Source of the DNA: Scyliorhinus canicula | Taxonomy: Eukaryota | Reading direction: 5' to 3' | Length of the DNA stretch: 64,000 nucleotides | Assembly: GCF_902713615.1 (NCBI RefSeq) | Contig: NW_024055909.1 | Span: 62,001 to 126,000 of the forward strand | Shown: one piece after another, positions 37,001 to 49,000 of the stretch | How the letters are laid out: each line of letters opens with the position of its first letter | Numbering within the stretch: position 1 is the first letter of the stretch | The notes under the pieces: model-generated | What the model was told of the DNA's origin: nothing | The model's input: the letters and a program-made list of their open reading frames with translations, nothing else | Databases searched by the model: none | Translations under genes and position numbers: made by a program

Positions 37001-40000
37001 ATCTTTCTGAAATGATGCATCAATTAGAATAAATGAATCAAGCGTTAGCATTTTAATGTCGGACAATATGAACGTGAGTGACCTGAGCTTCAGCACAATT
37101 TCAGAACAAACTGGAAGTGAGAGTAACGCCCCAAAGAGAAGCGTCTGTTCTGATATCATACACGCTGGCACAATGGTTAACACTACTGCCTCACATCCCC
37201 ACGGTCCAGGGTTCTCTTCCGGCCTTGGTTGACTGTCCGAGTACAGATTGCATCTTCTCCCCGTGTCTCTCCTGCGTGGGTTTCCTCCGGGTCCTCCGGT
37301 TTCCTCCCACAGTCCAAATATTGTTCCTTAGTGGCCAAAGAGTTGCAGGTTAGATGATGTTACCGGGTTGAGGAGGGGGGGGGGGAGGGGGGAGAGGGAG
37401 AGGGGGGAGGGGGGGGAGTGGTCCTGGGTAGGGTGCGTATTCGGAGGGTTTTCGCAGACTCGAGGGGTCGGCTGTCCTCCTTCTACAATGTAGGGATTCT
37501 ATGAATAACTACAAGCTAGTTTGACGACTTAACTGGACAATGACCAGACACACACTCCAAATAATATCGTAATAACCTAATCTCTGAAAAAATTATATTG
37601 TCAATTATTTTAGAAAGTTCACAATCAAGGAAAAGCTGTCGTGAGATCCGACTCGGTCAGAGCACTGATCACAAAGTTAGTAGACTACATTTCTGTGAAA
37701 GATTTAAATGTTTGTCCAACCCATGGCTTGCCAATGCGTAATATGCTTACTGTGAGAGTGGGTGAGAGTATGTATGGGAGTATGAGGGGGATTGAGAATA
37801 TTGGATTTGGGTTCATTGTCACGTGTGCCGAGGTACAGTGAACAGTGTTGTTCTGCGTATTGAGACTGGGAGTGATTCAAACAGACATCCTCACACATCA
37901 CACTCTCACCACAAATGCACACACGCGCACATTTCACACATTCATTCTCCCTTCCGCACCCACGCAAAAGCTTTCTCTTTCACACAAATACATACAATTT
38001 CGCGCCCTTTGTCACACTCCTTCACACACCCACACACAATCGTAATCTAACATACACTCCCTCACACACAAGTGCACAAACACACACTTGCCTATATGCA
38101 ATCGCTCTTCAACTCACGCATTCGCTCTCTCTAAGCCACATTCCACGCGTACTCTTCCCCGCTCTCTCACACATTCTCTCAAACACATTAACACACACTC
38201 TCTCTCTCACATACACACTCTCTCTTACACATACAGACTCACTCTCACAAACTCATACCTTTGCGAACACAAATTATTATCACACACATCTCTTCAGCCT
38301 CACGCACATAGGCTATTCGCTCTCTCACACACAGTAAGATGCACGCACTGGCTTCAGATCCACATTCTCTCACACCCCTCTCACTCATGAACTCTCACAC
38401 TCTCGCTGTCTCTCTGCCACACACACTACCTCTCTGGCACTCGCAGATTCTGCCGACGCACCTTCTCGCTAACACACATCTCTCTCACATACAGCCACTC
38501 TCACTCAGAAGCACACACTCCCTCAATCGCACTCACTCAGGGACTCACACTCATACACACGTACACAATGTCTCTCACATACATATCCCGCTTTCGCTCA
38601 GGCATATCACTCACACACGCACGCAAACACATTATCTATCTCTCTCACAGACTTTCTCTCTCACACATATACAGTCCTTTGCACTCTTAACGCAACAAAC
38701 TCTCCCGCACAGGCACAATCTGTCAAATTCACGTGAGTACATTCTCTCACACCATTCTCACACACGCTCTCTCCCACATAGAGTGCACTGTCTCTCACAC
38801 ACGGAAACTCACACATACATAAATAGTGTCTATACCCACAAACTCTCTCTCACAAACACACACTCACGTCAAAGCTCTCCTTCAACCCGCACTATTTGTC
38901 TCTCACACACAAGCTATCTGTCCTGAAGATATGTACTTCCTCACACAATCGTTCGCTCTCTCGCACATTCTCTTTCACACCCTCTTCTCACTAAAGACTC
39001 TCACTCACAGCCACACCCAGACACAAGCTGCCAGTGAGGACGTGATAGTGTTCGCATTTTTTCAAATGTATGGTACGTTCCGAATTGACAAAAGATGTAA
39101 TCAAATTCATCAACAGTATCGCTGAAAAGTTTAGACATGGCTTCGCTCCACAATTAGCTGCACACCAACAAAATTAACGGGAGCTGGAAAATATTGAGGC
39201 TCACGGCAATATCCAATTGTGTTTTTTTTAATAAGTCCTAATTTCGTTGCAGCATGCACTTTAATAAGGAATCTTAAATTAATCGCTTTCTTTCTGGCTT
39301 ATAAAGGCGGCAGTTTGTGCCCAGTATCGGAGCCCGCCGTCAGTTAATAATGCAGAAAAGCTTTTGTGTATTACTTCCGTAAACCAGACTTAATTGAGTT
39401 TTTAATATGCAATTCTGTTATTAAAATTGAGACTCACGTTAATCAGAGTAAACCTGGGAGAAAAAAATTCATCAGCATCGTCTGAAATATTGCAACTTAA
39501 TGAGCACTACAGGTAATCAATATTAATAAGAAATGAATGTAGCTCTCATAAGCTGTCAACTGTCTTTAATTCTGTACCCCGCCCAGCACAGTTTTCGGAG
39601 ATTTTCTTCAATTCAACAGTTACATTTATAATTAAGCTAAGCTGTTTGAATTACAATGTTTGTTCATCTCCAGACTTACCATAGTGATCTAACTTTTCAG
39701 GGAATGATCTTGAATTACTTATTCCTGTTCTGTTTCTATAGTGCGTGGTCACTGTGTGAATCAGGAATCCCAGTGCATAACAGTGAAACCTCTGGTTCGT
39801 TCTCCTGTATTTCAGGTAGCTAATTCTTCACATTAATTTAAGAAGCTTGTATCTGTGAACAAGGTACAATCTGTCCTTCAGGTGACAAGGTGTCCCTGAA
39901 ATAAGATCAACATCATAGTTTATGAAATTCAGAAGAAAATTTCAGTGCACACAGTTACGAAAGATGTTCAGTGCTTTCTGTGTCTCAGCCGAGGTTTCTT

Positions 40001-43000
40001 AATTGCTGCATCTGAATGGAAGTTCAAAAGAATAATAATAATAATCGCTTTTTGTCACAAGTAGGCTTCAACGAAGTTACTGTGAAAAGCTTCTAGTCGC
40101 CACATTCCGGCGCCTGCTCTGGAAGGCCGGTATGGGAATTGAACTAGCGCTGCTGGCGCTGCTCTGCATCACAAGCTAGCTGTTGAGCCCACTATGCTAG
40201 ACCAGCCACCTATGCAGCCTCGATTACGTTTTAGAATCTGCACCGGCCCTTCGAAAGAGCACCTTGCTTAAGCCCATACCACCACCCTATCCCCAAAGCC
40301 CCACCTAACCTTTTGGACACTAAGGGACAAATTAGCATGGCCAATCCACCTAACCTGTGCATCGTTGGACTCTGAGTGGACACTGGAGCACCCGGAGGAA
40401 ACTCACGCAGACACGGGAAGAAAGTGCAAACTCCACACAGTCACGTGGGGGGGGGCACCAAGGTGGGGCAGTGTTTCGCACTCCCACCTCACGGTGCCGA
40501 GATTCCAGCTTCGATCCCGGCTCTGGGTCACTGTCCCTGTGGAGTTTGCATCTTCTCTCCGTGTTTTGTGGGTCTCACCCGCACAACACAAAGATGTTCA
40601 GGGTAGGTGGATTGACCACGCTAAATTGTCACTTAATTGGAAAAAATCAATTGGGCTCAAAATTTATTTAAAAAGAGGCAGTCACCGGAGGCCAGAATTG
40701 AAGCCGGGTACCTGGAGCTGTGAGGAAGCAGTGCTAACCGCTGCACCAGAATACTTTCCATCATTACTTTACTGCGCTTGGTAGGTCTGTGAAAAGGCAG
40801 ATTTCGAACTATTTTCCACTTCCAGATCTGATCTGTTTGTGCCTGCCCTGGAAGGACTTAAGGAAGTTTAATTTATATCGAACTAACGACGTGAGAGCTA
40901 CGAGACTGTCACCAGACTCCTAAATGACCCTCTTATTGACTGACCTCATTAACACTACACCCTGTATGCTTCACCCGATGCCAATTCTTATGTAGTTACA
41001 TTGTATATCTTGTGTTGCCCTATTACGTATTCTCACGGGGATACGCACCATGCCTACATGTCGGTATTTCATACTCTGCAGATAATGCATCTCGGAATAC
41101 AACCAGCAATGGTGGTCTATCTCCCAGTCGCCACAGCCCTGGGCGATGCAGCTGTACGAGCTGGAGCTGCTTGAGGAGGTGGAGGTTGCAGCAGTGGAGC
41201 ATGCCCCAGAGGAACGGAAGGCAGCCGCCGAGGATAGAAAGGTGGCTACTCAACAGGCCAAAGAGGAGGATGTGCAAAATGGGTACCGCATGAGGCCTCA
41301 TGTGTATCTGATGTACCTGCTGTTCCAGGAGTTTCCAGACAAGGAATGTAGTCGAAGGCTGCGACTGAGCAGTGGGACCACACCACATATCTGCCAGATC
41401 ATGGCACGCATGGCACTGGACCTGGGGGATGGATGGGGTGGAGGGGAAACACATGCTCCCGGTGGCCATCAAGGTGATGGTCGCACTGAACGTTTGAGCC
41501 ACAGGTTCGCTCCAAGTGCCAAGTGGGGACCTGTCTGGGATCTCAGAGAGTTCGGTGCAAGGGTGCATCCGCAGCCATCACGGAGGCCAAAGATGCCCAG
41601 TCGGCCCAGCACGTCCATCATCTCAATGACCGAGCTCATCGAGATGACCAGACAGCGTGTTTCATCACCATTGCCAAGAGACCCTGTGTCCAGGGGATGA
41701 CCGACGGAATACATGTCATCCTTCGGGTACCTGCAGATTGCCGGCTGATATTCACAAACCAAAATGGGATCCACTCGATGAATGCAGCTGATGTGTGACC
41801 ATGACGGAAGCATCATGCACCTCTGCAGCCGACACCCGGGCAATGTGCACGATGCCTTCGGCTTCATACACTCGACGGTTCCTGGCATTTTCGAGTCTCA
41901 CCCCCAGCTGCGAAATTGGCTCCTGGGGGTTAGGGGTTATCTTCTGTGGTCATGACTGATGACGTCTATCTGGCGGCAACAGACGACACGGAGACGCGCT
42001 ACAACAATGCCCATGCCACGCCCAGGGACATGATCGAGCGCGCTTTGGCATCCTGAAGATGCGGTTCCGGTGCACTGTCCACACTAGAGGGGCCGTCCTG
42101 TATTGCACTGGAGGGTTGCTCATGTCGTGGTGGCTTGCTGCATCTTCCAGAATACCACGCAGCAGAGGGGCCATGTGGTGGAGGAGGAGATTAACGCCAG
42201 TCCTCGACCAACGAGGAGGATGCGGGCGTGGGCGGGGCTAGGCCGGACATGGGGTGCGTGGAAATACGGGACGACACGTGTGTCCCAGAACCAACGCTCA
42301 CAAGACGCTCTGATCACCTCCAGGTTCACTGAATAAGTTGGTGACTGGCCAGGCGCATGAAAGCCGCACCCCCCCCCCCGCCCCCTCACCTCCAATGCCC
42401 TACTGGCCAGCTCCCCCGCTCCCGCTTGCACCCACCACGAGAATTCCTACCGACCTCACTATGGGTGCGGGCTCTAGATTGGCAGAAACAGCGGGTCTCG
42501 TCCATGGGATGGTGATTGATGACTACCCACACTGCATTGAGCTCTGTTGCTCCGCATCATTTGAAGATGCCTGACTGTTGCCCACGATAGCAATTCCCAC
42601 CGCTCACCTGGGTGATGCCTGCATGCGAGCTGACCATTCAATACAAGGTCGAACTAAAACCCTGGGATGGTGGGACAGTGGGTATTGGACACCGGAGCGG
42701 TGAGCACTAGATGAACTACGGTCCCTGGGCCAAGTGCACCCCTAATGTCTGCCCATTCCTGCACTCACATCCACTCCCAAAGCAGCCGGTGTAGACCAAC
42801 CCATCGCTCAAACCCGTCTGACTGAGCACCGAGGCAGGTTTTTACTTTGTGCGCCAGGGTTTACTGTGAAAACATTCACAAAGATTCGTGTCCTAGCTCC
42901 TATCAGCTAAACTGTGCTCTGCAACCGTGGCAACTTAACTGGTGTCCCGTTCACTGGCCTTAAGGGCCGTAAAGCTATGTCTAGGTGTGTTCCCTGGCGA

Positions 43001-46000
43001 TACGTCAGGATGGGGGCAGCACGGAATCATTGTGGATAGCACAATGGCTTCACAGCTCCAGGGTCCCAAGTTCGATTCCGGCTTGGGTCACTGTCTGTGC
43101 GGAGTCTGCACATCCTCCCCGTGTGTGCGTGGGTTTCCTCTGGGTTCTCTGGTTTACTCCCACAGTCCAAAGTGTCGGGGTTAGGTGCTTGGCCGTGATA
43201 AATTTCCCTTAGTGTCCAAAATTGCCCTTAGTGTTGGGTAGGCTTACTGGGTTATGGGGATAGGGTGGAGGTGTGACCTTGGTAGGGTGTTCTTTCCAAG
43301 AGCCGGTGCAGTCTCGATGGGCTGAATGGCTCCTTCTGCACTGTAAATTCTATGATTATGTAGGCGGCCTGCTGTGTTTCCCGCCCTGGGACCTGTGTTC
43401 CGTGTTGCGGCCGGTCTTCTGGGGGGACCAGGACTAAGCTGTTGTTTAAGTGCCCCAGGTGCGGCCCTATTCGTGCCTGCTGCAATGAGATGCGCCAGAG
43501 ACAGAGGAGGGGGGTGGGTGCGGGTGGAGTCTCAGGTGCTGAAGTGTTATGGACACTCCCTGTGGGGAGCTCCATTTACGTCTGGCCACGTCGGCCCAGT
43601 GCTTGAGTAATGCTGCAGATGCCCTCGGCCATGACTCACTGTGATTGGACCATGTTCAGGAGCGCTGATGCAATGACCAACTGTCTCTGGCACATTGCTA
43701 ACGGTGAGCGGACAGCCCAGTCCTGGGTCTCGGCCAATACCAGCACAGAGTGCCCCAGGCCTTGGGCACGTTAACCTATGACCAAGATTGTGGCCTCCAC
43801 CGCAATGCCACCCGTGCGATGTTTGCCTGGGTGCCACGCATGTTCAGCACCATCTCCTGCGGCCTGCACGAGGTTGGAATCATCCACCTGCGCCTGATGG
43901 ATGCTCGGCGACAACCCCTCATGTAATCGAGAGAAACAGATGACGCACAATGGTAGAAATTCTGAAGCATGCAGCCCAGCTGGTGGTGGATGGTTGCCTC
44001 TGTAGCCAGGGCACCGGCCCTGACAGCCGGAATGGGTGCCAGCATGTGGTGCAGGATGAGGGTTCGTCCACTCTCCATGTGAGCATGGGAGGGATGGGGT
44101 TATGGGTGTGTGGGACGGCAAAGTGGCAAAGTGCTGTCTACTCACACTGGAGGCTCTGAGGAGGTCATGCAGTTTCTTTCGGCACTGAAGGCCGATCCGA
44201 AAGTTGCTGCCCACGGTGATGGACCGACCCTGCCACCTATGCCCAGCCTGACGAACGTCCGGTGGCAGCAGCATCCTTCCACACCAGGGGTGAAGAGTCG
44301 CCTACCTCTCCTCCAGGGCGTCGAGCAGAATCTCCAATTCAGCATCGGGAAACCCTGGTGCCCCCGCATCTTGCTGCCATATTGTTAGCTGGGATGAGTG
44401 GCTGTGTGGAGTGAAGTGTTATATACTAGTGAAGCTTGTCAGCCTCCTCAGTGTAAATCACGAACCCAACACCGTTTTCCATTGGAATCCATCGTATTTC
44501 ATGTGGCGCTAGTGCTGGCCCCTCAACGGCCGCTGAATAATAGATCACAGATAATTTACAGTGCAAAGGAGGCCAATCGGCCCATCGAGTCTGTACCGGC
44601 TCTTGGAATGAGCACCCTACTTAAGCCCACACTTCCACCCTATCCCCGTAACCAGCAACCCCATCTAACCTAAGGGCAATTTCGCATGGCCAATCCACCT
44701 AACTGCACATCTTTGGACTGTGGGAGGCAAACAGGAGCACCGGAGGAAACTCATGCAGACACACGGAAAACGTGCAGACTCCACACAGACAAGTGACCCA
44801 AGCCTGGAATTGAATCTGTGACCAGATGCGGCGCCAGTTCTCTGTGGTAGAATCCTGTACTGGCGTCACACACTTTGTCTCAGGAACAGGAATCCGCACC
44901 CAGATTTGCAAGTAAAACATTAACAAACTGTTCATTTATAACAAGAGTAAACGCTTACATATATAACACATAACTGAAACTATGGTGTGCTGGTCTTACA
45001 GGTTCCCAAAAACCCTGCCCCCGTCCTCTATCCAGACACACGCAACCAGGCACACAGTGAAGAAATAGGAAATGGGTTATAATACGGGAATGAAGAAAAT
45101 ATCTGAAATTAATCTTCGCTGCTGTGGTTACGCGGTGGTCTATGAGAAGGCAACCCCGCTGGAATTGTGCCACTGCAATTCTGACCTTCGACCACCAGAT
45201 GGAGCTTTACACAGGTGATTCGGATCGATGCCATTCTGATCTCTGAACAGCAGATGGAGGCTCCGTTTCCCTGAGATATTACTGGAGCTTCATACCTGAG
45301 AATTTCAGTCTCTTAAGTAGGGTGCTCTTTCCAAGAGCCGGTACAGACTCAATGGGCCGATTGGCCTCCTTCTACACTGTAAATTCTCTGATGATCTATG
45401 ATTCAGCGGCCGTTGAAGGGCCAGCACTAGCGGTATTACAAAGATTGGTCTCATTTTGCGATGTAGCACGCCATTCAGACACAGGATTGGTGTATTAAGT
45501 CCTGGTAAGAAACTGCCTGAATTCCAGAAGATCCCTTCACAGTTCTGACTGCTGTCTGTCGTTTTAATAGGACTGCAATCACATGTATGATTAGATGTTT
45601 TTAAAATCTTCTGGCAGAGAGAGAGCAGAGAGAGGGGTGCCATTCAGCAGCCTCCTGGGCGGAATCTCTTCACAGATTCTCTCCAAAGATGTGCAGGTTA
45701 GGTGGATTGGCCATGATAAATTGCCCTTAGTGTCCAAAATTGCCCTTAGTGTTGAGTGGGGTTACTGGGTTATGGGGATAGGGTGGAGGTGTTAACCTTG
45801 GGTACGGTGCTCTTTCCAGGAGCCGGAACAGACTCCGATGGGACGAATGGCCTCCTTCTGTACTGTAAATTCTATGAAAAAAAGACAAAATGGAGCTAAT
45901 GAGTAGCACGGTAGCACAGTGGGTAGCACTGTTGCTTCACAGATTCAGAGTCCCAGGTTCGATTCCCCAGCTTGGGTCACTCTGTGTGGAGTCTGCACGT

Positions 46001-49000
46001 TCTCCGCGTGGGTTTCCTCCGGGTGCTCCAGTTTCCTCCCACAAGTTCCGAAAGACGTGCTGTTAGGTGAATTGGACATTTTGAATTCTCCCTCTGTGTA
46101 CTCAAACAGGTGCCGGAATGTGGCGACTAGGGGCTTTTCACAGTAACTTCGTTGCAGTGTTAATGTAAGTCTACTTGTGACAATTAAAGATTATTATTAT
46201 TAATAATCACAGCACCCACCTTTCTTTTTGTATAAAATTTACTAAGAAGTCTTACACCACCAGGTTAATATCTAACAGGGTTATTTGGAATCACGAGCTT
46301 TCTGAAGGTAGCTCCTTCATCAGGTGAGTGAATTTGGAAATATTCCCAAATAACCTGTTGAACTTGAACATGATGTGGAGATGCCGTTGCTGTTGTACTG
46401 GGTGTGGGCAGTAAGAAGTCTTACAAACATCAGGTTAGTGTCCAACAGGTTTGTTTCGAATCACTAGCTTTCAGACTGCAGCTCCTTCCTCAAGTGAATG
46501 CGCTCCTTGGACAATCACTTGAGGAAGGAACTGCGCTCCGAAAGCTATTGATTCGAAACAAACCTGTTGAACACTAACCTGGTGTTGTAAGACTTCTGTA
46601 CTGTACACACCCCCAGTCCAACTCCGAATTATCCACATTATAAATTCAGAGTATCCAATCATTTTTTCCAAGTAAGAGGCAATTTAGCGTGGCCAATCCA
46701 ACACCTTTGGACTGCTTTGTGAGACCCATGCAGTCACAGGGAGAATATGCAAACTCCACACAGACAGGGACCCGGGGCCAGAATTAAAGCCGGATCCTCA
46801 GCGCCGTAGGCAGCAGTGCTAACCACTGCTAACCACTGCACCGCCGTGCCACCCTTGAACCGACCTTTCTTCAAGAAGGTTATTAATGGCTCCACCAATC
46901 GCGACCACCAACAGGAGATGGCTCAGAATTTCAGATTCACCGATTGACACATTCAGCAAATTCATCAAACTGACATCATGGGCTCTACCATAGACCCAAA
47001 CAGGAAGTCTTGGCTAACTCATTAGATGTGATTCGGTTTGCCTAAAGTCTGAAGTTTAAGCAAAAGTCTCAGTGTGGCAGCAGCCAGCACAAACTGTTCA
47101 TTAAAAGCAGGCAAGACAGGAATTAATTATCTTTCCCTTTCCAATGTAGGGGCAATTTAGCGTGGCCAATCCACCTACCCTGCACATATTTGGTTTATAA
47201 GGGTGAGGCCCACACAGACACGGCTAGAATGTGCAAACTCCACAAGGAAATTGACCCGGACCGGGGTTGGAACCGTGTCCTCGGCACAGTAGAAGGTTTT
47301 ATAATAGTGTCCTAACAATACAAAGACTGCAATGCATGCGGCAGGAAATATGCCCTTTGCAGCTGCAGTATCAGCAAATGTAACCATTCCCCTATCACCC
47401 ACTGTGGGGAAACACTTTGCAGATGCAGTACAACGAGGTTAAATGAGAAGTTATACAATTCGAAGTGGCAAACGGAAAGGAAGAACATTACTTAAATGGT
47501 AGTTTATTGAGAAGTGTGGATGTGTAGAGGGACCTCGGTGTTCTTGTGTACATTCAATGCAAGTGGAGAAGCAAGTGCAGTAAGCAATTTGGAAGGCAAG
47601 TGGTATATTGGCTGGCATTGCAATAGCATTCGAGTCCAGAAGTAAATTTCTTACTGCAGTTAGGCATGACTTAGATTAGACGACACCTGGAGTTTTGCGT
47701 GCAGCTTTTGTCCCAGAACAAAGGTATACTTGCCACAGAGGGCGTGCAGCGGAGGTTCACGAGGCTGATACCGGAGTTGACAGACTGTCTTATGAGCAGA
47801 GATTGCTTCGACTAGCCCTGCATTAAATAGAGTTTAGAAGGATGAGTGGACATCTGATTGAAAAGTACACAATTTTAACAGCTTTGGACAGGCTAGATGC
47901 AGGGGCAATGTTTCCCCTGATCGGTGAGTCTAAACCAGGGGGCACAGTCTTGGCTGTGGGGTGGACCATTTCGTACTCGAATAGGCTCGATGGGCCAAAT
48001 GGCCTACCCCTGCTCCGAGTTTCTATGTTTCTCAGGAATTCGAGAAACATATTTGTTTCCATTTAGACGTGTTGGTAAGTAAAGTAACCTGTTACAAATG
48101 AAGCAGAAAAAACATTGAAAGGAAAGAGTATCAATTCCTGCTCCACGGAACGGTGTCGGTGGAACCTAGAATGCCCTATCAGAAATAATAGGACGAACTG
48201 AATCAGAAAAAGTTTATAAAATTGGATTTTTGAATCGAACATTGGGAAGTGCAAATCGGGCGGGACTGGCAGAGAGACAATTCAGACTTACATAGAACAT
48301 AGAACAATACAGCACAGAACAGGCCCTTCGGCCCTCGATGTTGTGCCGAGCAATGATCATCCTACTCAAACCCATGTATCTACCCTATACCCGTAACCCA
48401 ACAACCCCCCCGCCCCCTTAACCTTACTTTTTTAAGGACACTACGGGCAATTTAGCATGGCCAACCCACCTAACCCGCACATCTTTGGACAGTGGGAGGA
48501 AACTGGAGCACCCGGAGGAAACCCACGCACACACGGGAGGACGTGCAGACTCCGCACAGACAGTGACCCAGCCGGGAATCGAACCTGGGACCCTGGAGCT
48601 GTGAAGCATTTATGCTGACCACCGTGCTGCCCGTTGGCCGAATGGCCTCCGTCTGCACTATCAAACCATATTATGCAATAACCCTGAATCATGCTTTATA
48701 ATCCTTTTAGAATGTAGTCTAAAGGTAGATGTACCACTAAGAGTGACATGATTTCGTAGAATACATGCTGATGTAAGATCTCCAAGTTTATGCGCTGAAA
48801 TCTACAGCAGTTTGGGTTCATCTAGCGTTTCTAAACTAATAGAACGGCTCACGACGATGCACAAATGTAATCAGATAAAATCCTTTCCTGAAAGTTTGTG
48901 CAGTTATATGATGAGGCGAATTTGGAGCGGTGATACCGGAGTAGTGTCATTGGACCAGTGCACTTGAACACTGAGCATGGAACTCTGGGGACCCAGTTTC

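Noticed and set aside
37641-39125. Long His/Thr/Leu-rich ORFs (e.g. 38339-38926) and similar ORFs at 55760-59295
   Set aside because: Translations of CA/CT low-complexity DNA; no domain features.
39729-39790. CACTGTG at 39750 followed by CCCAGTG, a possible orphan D segment in the J-C intron
   Set aside because: Nonamers match only about 5/9 at 12 nt and not at 23 nt; likely chance.
47730-47750. ccacagagggcgtg CTCF-like string
   Set aside because: Lies within a CR1 fragment, derived from the usual LINE sequence.
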